Shown piece after piece: positions 1 through 9,874 of a stretch of 64,000 bases of DNA (its first letter is position 1; the number at the start of each line of letters is the position of its first letter). The notes below the pieces were generated by a model that searched no databases, was not told where the DNA came from, and saw only the letters and a list, made by a program, of their open reading frames with translations. Source of the stretch: an uncultured bacterium (GTDB lineage: Bacteria > Acidobacteriota > HRBIN11 > JAKEFK01). The position numbers were made by a program, and so were the translations under genes. The stretch is taken from positions 1,248,001-1,312,000 of the forward strand of contig CAVZQN010000004.1 in the NCBI GenBank assembly GCA_963777505.1. Direction: 5' to 3'.

Positions 1-85
1 GGTAACTTACAATGTTTCCTTCGCGAATTTGATGGATTTGTTTAAGCGTCAAGCAGCGAGTCAAGACAAGACTGGATAAAGGCGC

Positions 86-1006
86 TTGGTTAGCTCAATG
101 ACTCAATTACTCTTCCGCTTTGCAGTCTGGGTGCTTGCAGCGTTTTTTCTGGAAAGTACAACATCGCATTCATTCGCTCAAAGCGCTTCATCAAATGAAG
201 CCAATGAACAATCACCTACATTTTCTAACGGAAAGCTACTTCTATTTCCTGGTAACGACCCTTACTCACCATACATCGCTGATCCATATCGTCCCATCAA
301 TGCCGCAACTTTTCAGTTGAATACCGTATCTGGTATAGCCAATAGTTCCGGAACACGCACCTGGCTGTCAGCAGGCGGACGCTTTGGAATCTTGCGCGTA
401 ATGCCGGGTGAACCTGTGGGACGGTTGTGGCAGATCAGCATTGAGGCTGGTCTTGATGCCCAATACGACTCAGGAAACAACCTGGATAATATTGGTTACG
501 ATGGTAATTATGGCGTCACTGTAACGACGGTACACTCCGACGGTCTTGATCTCCTATTCGCGTACCGCCACGTGTCTGGTCATGTAGGCGATGAGTGGAT
601 AAGAGAGAACGGTCGCGATCGAATTGGCTACAGGCGTGATGAACTTGCGCTAGGTACAACCTTTCAACTTGCAGGCCCTTGGTGCTTGTATGGCGAAGCT
701 GGTTACGGGATTTATGAACTCAACAAGGAGTTGCAAAAGCCATGGCGCTTTCAAACGGGCATTGAACGTGAGTCGCCGCGATCTTTAGCCGGAGGCCGTT
801 TAGGCTGGTACGCAGCCGCCGACGTTCAATCATACCAAGAGCGCGGCTGGCAGCCTGATTTTTCTATGGAAACGGGCTTGCTCGTGACCTCTGCCAGCCG
901 ACGCTGGCGCATCGGAGTACGCTACGTCGCCGGTCGTCCCCCTCTCGCCGAATTCTTCCAAGACAACGAACAATGGTTAACCTTCGGCCTGTGGATGGAT
1001 CTTTAG
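86..1006 (+). CDS. DUF1207-like outer-membrane/secreted protein
   Basis: Signal peptide; HVSGHVGDE motif resembling the DUF1207 H-x-S-x-H-L-G-D-E; aromatic beta-strand C-terminus. Confidence 0.65.
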   Translation: MVSSMTQLLFRFAVWVLAAFFLESTTSHSFAQSASSNEANEQSPTFSNGKLLLFPGNDPYSPYIADPYRPINAATFQLNTVSGIANSSGTRTWLSAGGRFGILRVMPGEPVGRLWQISIEAGLDAQYDSGNNLDNIGYDGNYGVTVTTVHSDGLDLLFAYRHVSGHVGDEWIRENGRDRIGYRRDELALGTTFQLAGPWCLYGEAGYGIYELNKELQKPWRFQTGIERESPRSLAGGRLGWYAAADVQSYQERGWQPDFSMETGLLVTSASRRWRIGVRYVAGRPPLAEFFQDNEQWLTFGLWMDL

Positions 1007-1232
1007 ATTCTTAGAATCTGGGGCATTATATGCGTTGCAACTCCGAAGAAATGCGTGCGTCCTTTCCAGTCAGCCATAGAGCATTCAAGGATACGCTTCA
1101 TGGATCAAAGCGGTGACGGTATTCTTGAATCGATGTACCGCGATTCGTTCAGGTGCGTTAGATGAGTTGCGTTTTTTTCTGCCACCTTAAATATAGCTTA
1201 ACCACATTCAGCTGAGGGGAACTCAACAAACA

Positions 1233-1672
1233 TTGATTGGCCAGACAATCTCGCACTACACCATTCTAAAAAAGCTTGGCGGCGGAGGAATGGGAGTTGT
1301 ATATGAAGCGCAGGACCTGAGTCTCAAACGTCATGTCGCACTCAAATTTCTTTCCGACTCAGTAGCTGAGACTCCGGAAACACTGGAGCGCTTTCGCCGG
1401 GAAGCACAATCTGCATCCGCATTGAATCATCGAAACATTTGCACGATATTTCACTTGCAGAATGCATTAAAACGTACCAATCGAATTCTGCTTTTCAGAT
1501 CGCCGAGATTTATGCTTTCCGTGGTGAGTCAGATAAAGCATTCGAATGGCTCGAACGCGCTTATGAACAACGCGACGGCGGTCTCGGCGACTTGAAAGGC
1601 GATTTGTTGCTTCGTAACATCGAAAAGGACCAACGTTACGCCGCCTTTTTGAAAAAAATGAATCTGCCTTAG
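1233..1672 (+). pseudogene. Internally deleted paralog of the adjacent Ser/Thr kinase-TPR gene
   Basis: About 72 codons match the kinase N-terminus at 1768 ([15 protein letters not shown]), joined out of frame near 1451 to a match of the C-terminal tail at 3943-4155 ([23 protein letters not shown]). Confidence 0.85.
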
Positions 1673-1767
1673 ATTAAATACCGCGAATCGTTGACCGTGT
1701 AACTTGCGTTTTTTTCTGCAGCCATTAAGATAGCTTAACCACATCTAGCAGAGGGGTCCCCAAAGCA

Positions 1768-4155
1768 TTGATTAACCAGACGATCTCGCACTACACCATT
1801 CTAAAAAAGCTTGGTGGCGGAGGAATGGGAGTTGTATATGAAGCTGAGGATCTGAGCCTCAAACGTCATGTCGCACTCAAATTCCTTCCCGAAGCAGTAG
1901 CAGATACTCCGGAAACGCTGGAGCGCTTCCGGCGGGAGGCTCAATCAGCATCGGCACTGAATCATCCAAACATCTGCACGATATATGAAATTGGTGAACA
2001 TGAAGGTCGTCCTTTCATTGCTATGGAGCTCATGAAGGGTAAGACCTTGAAGCATGCGATTGATGGAAAACCAATGGAGATCGATACCGTGCTCGGATCT
2101 CGGTACACAAATTGCAGATGCTCTCGATACGGCGCATGCGGAGAGAATCATTCATCGTGACATCAAGCCGGCGAATATTTTCGTCACGGAACGGGGTCAG
2201 GCAAAGCTGCTGGATTTTGGATTGGCAAAACAGGGAGCAGCAGCGACTGGAAACACTGAAATGCCAACTGCCAGTACTCCGGCACAACTGACGCAAGCCG
2301 GTTCGACGATGGGAACCGTTGCGTACATGTCTCCGGAACAAGGCCGCGGCAGAGTGCTCGATCAGCGCACCGATCTTTTTTCTTTTGGGGTGGTACTTTA
2401 TGAAATGGTTACAGGTACTCAGCCATTTGTCGGTCAGAGTACCGGAGAAGTGCTCGAAGCCATTTTTTCAAAGCAGCCTACAGCTCCAGTCCGTCTAAAT
2501 CCGAATATTCCTGCTGAACTTGGAACGTATCATATATAAAGCGCTCGAAAAGGATCCCAATCTGCGGTATCAAAGCGCAGCGGAAATTCGAACGGACCTT
2601 CAACGATTGCGAAGAGATTCCTCTGTTGCTTCTAGCGTGGCATCACCTTCTGTAGAAAAAGATACTGCCAAAGTCCACTCTACAAAAAAGTCATCCAAAC
2701 TCTGGATTGGAATCGCTGCTGCAGTTGCAGTAATTGTGTTGCTTGGCGTTTTCTGGTTTGGCCGAAAATCGAAAACGTCAGCACAAGCCGGACAGATTTC
2801 AATTGCTGTACTGCCCTTTGTCAACATGAGTCCAGATAAAAATCAGGAATATTTTTCGGATGGTCTTGCTGAACAACTGCTGAACGATCTAGCTCGAACT
2901 CCTGGATTGCGCGTGATCGCGAGAACTTCTTCGTTTCAGTTTAAAGGTAAGACTGAAGATCTTCGCGTGATTGGTCAAAAGCTGGATGTTGCAAACATCC
3001 TGGAGGGAAGTGTTCGCAAAGAGGGGAACAAGGTGCGGATTACGGCGCAGTTAATTCAGACTTCCGATGGATCTCACTTATGGAGTGATACATACGACCG
3101 CGAGTTGAATGATGTTTTTGCCGTACAGGATGATATTGCACGATCGGTCGCGGACGCGTTGAAAATTACGTTGCTCGGTGAAAAGAAAAGTTCTGTAAAG
3201 TCACAAAACGCGGAAGCATATAACGCTTATCTCCAGGGTCGATACTTCTTACGACGCGCCGGGGCAAGGAGGACTCTGCAAAAGGCGATTGGCTACTTTG
3301 AACAGTCGATTCAACTCGATCCTGACTATGCACCCGCCTGGGTAGGCTTAGCAGGAGTTCACTTTCGGCAGATAGCTTCCGGCCACATATCCTATAGTAG
3401 AAGGACAGGAAAAAATGCGGAACGAAGTGGAAAAGGCGCTGAGACTGGATCCAAATCTCGCTGAGGCGCATTCACTTCTGGGGCGGGTCAAATTGAATTA
3501 CGACTGGGATTGGATGGCAGCAGATGCGTCATTTAAGAAGGCGCTGGAACTTGAACCCGGTAACGCAAGTGCGTTCAGCAACGCTGGAGTCCATGCAGGT
3601 ACGCTTGGCCGATTTGATGAGGCTGCTGAATTGACGCGCAGAGCGATAGAACTCGATCCGCTGAACCCGGGTAACTACTCGAATCTCGCAAGCTGGCACC
3701 ACTACGCAGGCCGACTGAAGGAGGCGGAGGCGGCGTATCGTAAAGCCCTGGAGCTAAACCCAGAGTTTCCCTGGCATACACTTCCGAATTGGTCTTATCT
3801 ACTTGGAGCAGTCGAATCCGCAAGCGGCACTTGCCGAAATGGAGCGCGAAACAGAGCCAGTTTGGCGTGGTATGGGGCTGGCTCTGGGCAGTTTTGCCGC
3901 TGGTAAGAAAAAGGAGGCAGACGCGTTATTAGCCAGAGTACATTGAAGATTTATCAGACTACTGCGGCTTTTCAGATCGCTGAGATTTATGCTTTCCGTG
4001 GTGAGACAGATAAAGCATTCGAATGGCTCGAACGCGCTTATCAACAACGTGACGGCGGTCTTGCTGAAATGAAAGGCGATCCGTTGCTTCGCAACATTGA
4101 GAAGGACCCGCGTTACACCGCCTTCATGAAAAAAATGAAACTGCCTTTGGATTAA
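1768..4155 (+). CDS. Ser/Thr protein kinase with TM helix, TolB-like (adenylate cyclase-associated) domain and TPR repeats; broken by about 4-5 frameshifts
   Basis: GxGx[13 protein letters not shown] and YMSPEQ motifs; TM segment; [18 protein letters not shown]; TPRs spread over consecutive ORFs 1768, 2054, 2520, 3415, 3943. Confidence 0.9.
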
Positions 4156-4174
4156 TGCTGAGCAAATGACCGAA

Positions 4175-4981
4175 CTAGATTTGGGGATCGATCTCGCGCA
4201 TTTTCGAAAGAAAATCCATAATGGCATCTCGAATTCTGTCTCTATGAGCTTTCCTGAGGCAGAAGTATCTGAATCATTCTCGGATTCCGCAGTTGCAGCT
4301 TTATTTGCTTCTTGTTCCTGTTTGTAAATTTCTTTTTGTGTTTTGTCGGATGCTTTTTCAAGATCGTTCAGCAAAGAAGTGAAACGCTGATAGCGTGACT
4401 CAATCGCGGGAGAGTCGATTTGCCTGAGATCACTTCTCGCTTGCGATGCAATATCCTTTAGACCAGCGACTGCAGCGCCTATTTGATTAAGACCTGCCGC
4501 ACTCCCTGTAACCATTTCAGTTGTAGCTTGCCCCATCGCTGTATCTGCTTTTTCTTTTGCTTCTTGCATCTGGCTGTCGATTTTTTCATTCTGTACTGAC
4601 AAATTCAGATACTCTTTCATTCCGCGGAAGGGTTCAGCTAATTTGGACGATGCGGTTCCGCCCTCGCCTTTCAGATAGCTGGAGATCTCGGCTTTCGTTT
4701 CCTTGATTAGTGCTCCATGTCGATAGGTTGCGGTAATGTTCTGATTTCCTATCGGTGGCGTTTTTCCTGACAATCCATCGCCAAAATTAAGTTCACCGGT
4801 ATTTGGATTTGCTGTAAACAGTGAGTCTGTTTGTTTCGCTTCAAACGAATCTTTTGCAGAAGCGATTCCCGCCTGTATTTTCTGCTGCTCCGGAGCCGGG
4901 CGTTGCAGGAGTCTCGGTTGTGGTTGACTGTTTGATGGTTGTAGATGAAGGCAATTTGGTAAGGCGAAATGAATCATCCAT
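4175..4981 (-). CDS. Hypothetical secreted-type coiled-coil protein (reconstructed across about 2 frameshifts)
   Basis: SD AAAGGAG before ATG at 4981 (MDDSFRLTKLPSSTTIKQSTTTETPATP); body lies in the 3799..5016 ORF frame; plausible end ..RDAIMDFLSKMREIDPQI* at 4175. Confidence 0.55.
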
Positions 4982-5152
4982 TTGTGGGCTCCTTTCCACA
5001 ATACTAACACGAACACCTAAACCACAAATCTCAATCCGTTCAAATCCACGATCTATAGATTTGATGGTGTGCGTCCTTCCACAGTAATCAACGCCAGCGA
5101 TATCTTCAGCGCATTACCTTTGGGTATACTGATCCTACTTGGAGGGAATCCT

Positions 5153-7105
5153 ATGAGCTTGCCTGACCGTTGTTTCGCGATGATGCTTTTCACAGTTTTG
5201 TTGTTGCCCAATCCTGCATTCGCGCAGAGTTCACAATATCCTGAGTATCCAAGCGAAACGCCGAAGGAATTTAAAGTCATTCAAAATAAGTGGGATTATT
5301 CGCGTCGCGAAGAAATGATTCCAATGCGCGACGGAATCAAGCTGCACACTGTGATTCTGATTCCAAAGGGAGCGAAGAATGCGCCAATATTACTTACACG
5401 AACGCCATACGATGCATCTGCACTCACATCGCACAAGAATAGTTCACATCTCGCATCAGCTTTGTTTGGTTATGATAATGCCACAGAAGTAATTATTGAA
5501 GGCGGTTACATCCGTGTAGTCCAGGATGTGCGCGGCAAATATGGTTCTGAAGGTGATTACATCATGAACCGTCCGCTGCATGGTCCACAAAATCCAACTC
5601 CGGTAGATCATGCGACTGATACTTACGACACTATCGATTGGTTAGTAAAAAATATTTCTGAAAGCAATGGCAAAGTTGGCATTCTTGGAATTTCATACGA
5701 TGGTTTTCTTCCCCTGATGGCGCTGGTGAATCCACATCCTGCGCTAAAAGTTTCTGTTCCGATGAATCCAATGGTAGACGGTTGGATGGGGGATGATTGG
5801 TTTCATAACGGCGCTTTTCGCCAACAAATGATGCCGTATATGTATGTGCAAGAAGCTACACGTAAGAATGAAGAAAAGTGGTGGACCAGCCATTACGATG
5901 ATTACGATTTTTATATGCAAGCTGGATCGGCAGGAGATTTGGGCCGGTCTTATGGACTTGAACAAGTTGGATTTTGGAAAAAAATTCTTGCTCATCCTAC
6001 CTACGACAAATTCTGGCAGGATCAAGCAATGGACAAAATTCTCGGTGCTCAACCGCTGGCAGTACCGGTAATGCTTGTTCATGGTCTGTGGGATCAAGAA
6101 GATATTTACGGGGCGGTGGCAGTCTATAAAGCGATTGAACCAAAAGATAAAAATAACGACAAAGTATTTCTGGTTATGGGTCCATGGCATCATGGACAAC
6201 AAATTCGTGAAGGCAGCAAGCTTGGCGCAATAAAATTTGATAGCGATACTGCACTTTATTTTCGCCGCGAGATTCTCCGACCATTTCTGGATCAATACTT
6301 AAAAGACAACGCACCAAAAGCCGATGTCGCGCCAGTTATAACATTTGAAACCGGAACAAACACTTGGCGAAGCTTACCAAATTGGCCGGCTGGTTGTACG
6401 AGTGGATGTACGTTGAAAGCAACGCAGCTTTTTCTCAACTCCGGATTCAAGCTCAACTTTAGCGCTCCAAAAGCAGGGGATACGGAATTCGAAGAATATA
6501 TTTCCGACCCCGCGAAGCCGGTTCCGTATCGTGCGCGTCCAATTCAAGCTGTTGGATATGATGATGGAATGTCGTGGCGGCAATGGCTCGTAGACGACCA
6601 ACGTGAAGCTTCGAGTCGTACTGATGTGCTGGTGTTTACCTCTGATACTTTAATTGAACCGATGAAAATCAGCGGAGAACCGATCGCAAATTTAATTGCT
6701 TCGACTTCTGGTACAGATTCAGATTGGGTCGTTAAGCTGATTGATGTTTATCCGGATGAAGTTGCTGCCGAGCCGCACATGGGTGGTTATCAATTGATGG
6801 TTTCAGCAGATATTTTTCGCGGACGTTATCGTGAAAACATGGAACATCCAACAGCAATTGCGGCTAACAAGCCGCTTCTTTATCGATTCGCATTGCCGAC
6901 TGCGAATCATGTTTTTTTAGCCGGACATCGAATCATGGTGCAGATCCAATCGAGCTGGTTCCCGCTGTACGATCGCAATCCTCAAACATTTGTTCCATCA
7001 ATCTTTTGGGCCAAGCCCCAGGATTACAAAAAAGCTGTGCAACGCATTTACCATTCTCCTGACAAGCAAAGCTTTATAGAAATTCCGTTGGTAAAGCAGC
7101 AATAA
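5153..7105 (+). CDS. CocE/NonD family hydrolase (alpha-amino acid ester hydrolase / glutaryl-7-ACA acylase-like)
   Basis: RTPY, QDVRGKYGSEG, GISYDG nucleophile motif, GPWHHG, C-terminal jelly-roll; SD GGAGG before ATG 5153. Confidence 0.92.
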   Translation: MSLPDRCFAMMLFTVLLLPNPAFAQSSQYPEYPSETPKEFKVIQNKWDYSRREEMIPMRDGIKLHTVILIPKGAKNAPILLTRTPYDASALTSHKNSSHLASALFGYDNATEVIIEGGYIRVVQDVRGKYGSEGDYIMNRPLHGPQNPTPVDHATDTYDTIDWLVKNISESNGKVGILGISYDGFLPLMALVNPHPALKVSVPMNPMVDGWMGDDWFHNGAFRQQMMPYMYVQEATRKNEEKWWTSHYDDYDFYMQAGSAGDLGRSYGLEQVGFWKKILAHPTYDKFWQDQAMDKILGAQPLAVPVMLVHGLWDQEDIYGAVAVYKAIEPKDKNNDKVFLVMGPWHHGQQIREGSKLGAIKFDSDTALYFRREILRPFLDQYLKDNAPKADVAPVITFETGTNTWRSLPNWPAGCTSGCTLKATQLFLNSGFKLNFSAPKAGDTEFEEYISDPAKPVPYRARPIQAVGYDDGMSWRQWLVDDQREASSRTDVLVFTSDTLIEPMKISGEPIANLIASTSGTDSDWVVKLIDVYPDEVAAEPHMGGYQLMVSADIFRGRYRENMEHPTAIAANKPLLYRFALPTANHVFLAGHRIMVQIQSSWFPLYDRNPQTFVPSIFWAKPQDYKKAVQRIYHSPDKQSFIEIPLVKQQ

Positions 7106-7120
7106 AAATCAGATGATGCC

Positions 7121-8386
7121 TCATGATGGATCTGAATCATATTTCCACAAGATTAAAGAATCAGCGTTTTTGATTAACACACCTGAATTCACCGGCACAG
7201 GATGTGCCCAGGTCGATGCGTTGGACACTTTATATGTCCTGATAGCATCAAACTTCTTTGCATCGGATTCCAGAATCTGAATTTCACCATCGTCTTTCAG
7301 GACTAAAATCGATTTTTCATTTGCAATGAAGGCTGCATTCTCGGCCATTTTCGGAGCTGAGGTCCAGAGAATGGCTCCTGACTTCGCATCTAGCGCAAAG
7401 AGCTGTCCTTGCTTTCGATGTGACATGCCTATGATTTTTCCATCCATATATAAAGGCGAACTCATATACATGGAAATGTCCTGAATATCCCAGACTTTTT
7501 CTGTGGTCCAAATATCCCTTTGCTTTTGAATACGGACAGCAAAAGTTCCTGTATCCAGGCTTGAAAATATCAATAAATCGCCGGCTACAACAGGTGTGAC
7601 GATATTCTGATCGCACGGAGTAACAAAAGGAACGGACCATAGCAACTTGCCAGAGGTTAGATCCACGCTGATAATTTTTCGATGCGCTTGAGCAACAATT
7701 TGCTTAACACCACTTACTTCAACAACGATTGGAGATGAATAACTTGGGCCTTCACCAATGAAACTCCATTTTTCATTCCCAGTTTCAATTTCAAACGCCG
7801 TTAAGGCTCCACCCTTATGGCCACCAACATGGGCAATCAACAATTCTTCGACAACCAGTGGTGACATGGATGCACCGAACGGTGGAGCAGCATCCGGAAA
7901 TTTTCCATCGAATTTTTTCTGCCATTTCAGTGCTCCACTTTGAGCATCAAATGCAGAGAGAATTCCACTGATCCCTAAAGTGAATAACTTATTTTGAGAA
8001 AAGACGGGTGTGGATCTAGGTCCTGAACCATGACTTACTGCACCCGGGTATATGCTATAAGGGGCAGAATACGATGATCGCCACACCACTTTTCCAGTAG
8101 CAACATCGATTGAGCGAGCCACTTCCTCTTCGCCTTCGCGGGAGAAGGTATACACTCGATCATTCCAAACGACAGGGCTTGAGTGACCATCGCCTATCTG
8201 TATTTGCCATTTCTTTGTCAATTCCTTCGGCCAGTTCGCAGGAAAAATGTTACTTGCAATTCCATCACGATTCGGTCCACGCCATTGAGTCCATTGATCG
8301 AATGCCTCCAGATTATTTGTCAGGAGAACTAAGAATGCGATCACAAGAAGTCGCTTAGTGATTATGGTTTTCTGTTTTTGTTTCAT
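7121..8386 (-). CDS. PQQ-binding-like beta-propeller protein
   Basis: Signal peptide then WTQWRGPNRDG, GHSSPVV, SYSSP repeats; likely start MKQKQK at 8386. Confidence 0.88.
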   Translation of the reverse strand: MKQKQKTIITKRLLVIAFLVLLTNNLEAFDQWTQWRGPNRDGIASNIFPANWPKELTKKWQIQIGDGHSSPVVWNDRVYTFSREGEEEVARSIDVATGKVVWRSSYSAPYSIYPGAVSHGSGPRSTPVFSQNKLFTLGISGILSAFDAQSGALKWQKKFDGKFPDAAPPFGASMSPLVVEELLIAHVGGHKGGALTAFEIETGNEKWSFIGEGPSYSSPIVVEVSGVKQIVAQAHRKIISVDLTSGKLLWSVPFVTPCDQNIVTPVVAGDLLIFSSLDTGTFAVRIQKQRDIWTTEKVWDIQDISMYMSSPLYMDGKIIGMSHRKQGQLFALDAKSGAILWTSAPKMAENAAFIANEKSILVLKDDGEIQILESDAKKFDAIRTYKVSNASTWAHPVPVNSGVLIKNADSLILWKYDSDPS

Positions 8387-8651
8387 TTTTATCCTTCCGA
8401 GCTTCCCGAAATTGAGCATTCACTCGGCCGGCCGACACAGCCATTACGATGGCCTCAACCGTTCCGATTTCGTCATCTGTGACTCCGAGATTCCTGGCAA
8501 CGCCAAGATAATGATTCATTCACGGATAACAGCCGAGCGCCATTGCCGCAGCGAGATGAATGAGGATCGTTTGATTCTGCGGAAACGCGGTATTGTTTTT
8601 CGCCGTATCATAGAATTCGTGAAAAGCTTTCGCCTGCTTTCTTGTCAACAT
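8355..8651 (-). CDS. AhpD/carboxymuconolactone decarboxylase-like selenoprotein candidate (CxxU; UGA at 8520-8522)
   Basis: Manual translation: MLTRKQAKAFHEFYDTAKNNTAFPQNQTILIHLAAAMALGCYP-U-MNHYLGVARNLGVTDDEIGTVEAIVMAVSAGRVNAQFREARKDKNETKTENHNH*. CMD-like pattern on both sides of the UGA, with a hairpin just downstream. Confidence 0.8.
8490..8510 (-). promoter_or_regulatory. Putative bacterial SECIS element
   Basis: mRNA UCUUGGC-GUU-GCCAGGA stem-loop; the G-led apical loop begins 18 nt after the UGA, fitting the general bacterial SECIS model. Confidence 0.6.
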
Positions 8652-8748
8652 ACTTGTATTACGCAAATATCGTAAGCCGCATATAAGATGTCAATTTAGT
8701 TGTATCATACAAGTATATTTCCATGCAAGGGGTAGTGGATGTTTTATA

Positions 8749-9321
8749 TTACTGACAGCTGTCGGTTTCGCAGCATTTTGTGCAGTTTTTTGGATGATAG
8801 TCGAACACCGTTCCGTAACGATCGAATTCGAAATGACAGCATTCAAGCAAAAGATCTTTCAATTTTTTTCTGGCTCGCTGAATCCTCGATTTTGCACCGG
8901 ACAAAGAAATTCCCAATCGTCGAGCAATCTCGGAATGTTTCACTCCTTGAAAATCTGAAAGTATGAGAGCTTCTTTATCTTGCACTGGAAGTTTTTCAAC
9001 CATCGATTGAACGACTCTATTCAAGTCTTTCGGAGTTTCAATCGCTTGATTTTGTTCTAGCTCAGATAATGAATCCGAAGTCTCAACCGTTTGTTTTCTT
9101 TTTCGATAGGAATCGATAATTGAATTGCGTGCAATTTGGTAAATCCATGCAGGAAGCTTTTCCGGCTCATTCAAAGAATCGATTCGATCATGAATTTTCA
9201 TGAATACATCATGGACCATGTCCTCAGCTGACGCTTCATCATGAATCCGTTTTGTAATGAAAGCCTTTAGAGGCCCTCGAAATTGCTCGTAGATTGTTTC
9301 AAAATTCAACTGCATGTCCAA
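8749..9321 (-). CDS. sigZ: ECF RNA polymerase sigma factor, SigZ type
   Basis: AEDMVHDVF, WIYQIARN, GAKSRIQRAR, and the SigZ-typical LLECCHFEFDRYG Cys-rich tail. Confidence 0.88.
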   Translation of the reverse strand: MDMQLNFETIYEQFRGPLKAFITKRIHDEASAEDMVHDVFMKIHDRIDSLNEPEKLPAWIYQIARNSIIDSYRKRKQTVETSDSLSELEQNQAIETPKDLNRVVQSMVEKLPVQDKEALILSDFQGVKHSEIARRLGISLSGAKSRIQRARKKLKDLLLECCHFEFDRYGTVFDYHPKNCTKCCETDSCQ

Positions 9322-9335
9322 TGTGAACCCATTAG

Positions 9336-9364
9336 CAGGAAGGATAGACTTGCTATCCTTCCTG
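9336..9364. terminator. Perfect 12-bp stem hairpin between arsI and sigZ
   Basis: CAGGAAGGATAG-ACTTG-CTATCCTTCCTG; no strong U-tract. Confidence 0.5.
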
Positions 9365-9375
9365 TATTGGAAAAG

Positions 9376-9813
9376 TTAATTGCAACAAGCTTTTGCATCA
9401 CCAGATGATATGGCCGTTTTTGTTTGTAAATCAGGCCGGGTGTCCGCAACCTTAACAGTGAAGAACTCCCATTCATATCCATTTGGATCTTTCACCCAGA
9501 TCTTATCTTGCAGAGCATAGCAGCAATCGGTATTGAGTTGTTCGCGTGTTAGAAGGCCCGCAGCTTTTAATCTTGCAGCCGCCGCGACAACATCATCTGT
9601 TGATGATACCTGAATGCCTAAATGGTTTAGTGCTCCCTTAGAATCGACTATGCCTTCATTTAAAGTCAGGTTTAATCCGGGGCTCTCTATGTCAAATTTT
9701 GCGTATCCAGGTTTTAACTTAACCGGCTCTTTACCAAACAAGGTTGAGTAAAACGTCACAGACTCGCTGAATTTATCAGTATTTAAGGCAACATGTACTT
9801 TTAAGTTTCCCAT
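9376..9813 (-). CDS. arsI: ArsI/CadI family VOC metalloenzyme (C-As lyase-like)
   Basis: HVALN, GYAKF, LNHLGIQV, CCYALQDKIWVKDPNG, C-terminal CC; SD GGAGG before 9813. Confidence 0.88.
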   Translation of the reverse strand: MGNLKVHVALNTDKFSESVTFYSTLFGKEPVKLKPGYAKFDIESPGLNLTLNEGIVDSKGALNHLGIQVSSTDDVVAAAARLKAAGLLTREQLNTDCCYALQDKIWVKDPNGYEWEFFTVKVADTRPDLQTKTAISSGDAKACCN

Positions 9814-9874
9814 TTGATTGTCCTCCAAACTTGTCATCACTCTTATAGACGTGCGTTTTTCAAAAAGACGCACA

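Noticed and set aside
3799-4174. C-terminal part of the 405-aa minus-strand ORF
   Set aside because: It is antisense to the kinase TPR tail and appears to be read-through caused by a frameshift.
8358-8675. 105-aa plus-strand ORF
   Set aside because: It is the antisense shadow of the CxxU gene and has no recognisable motifs.
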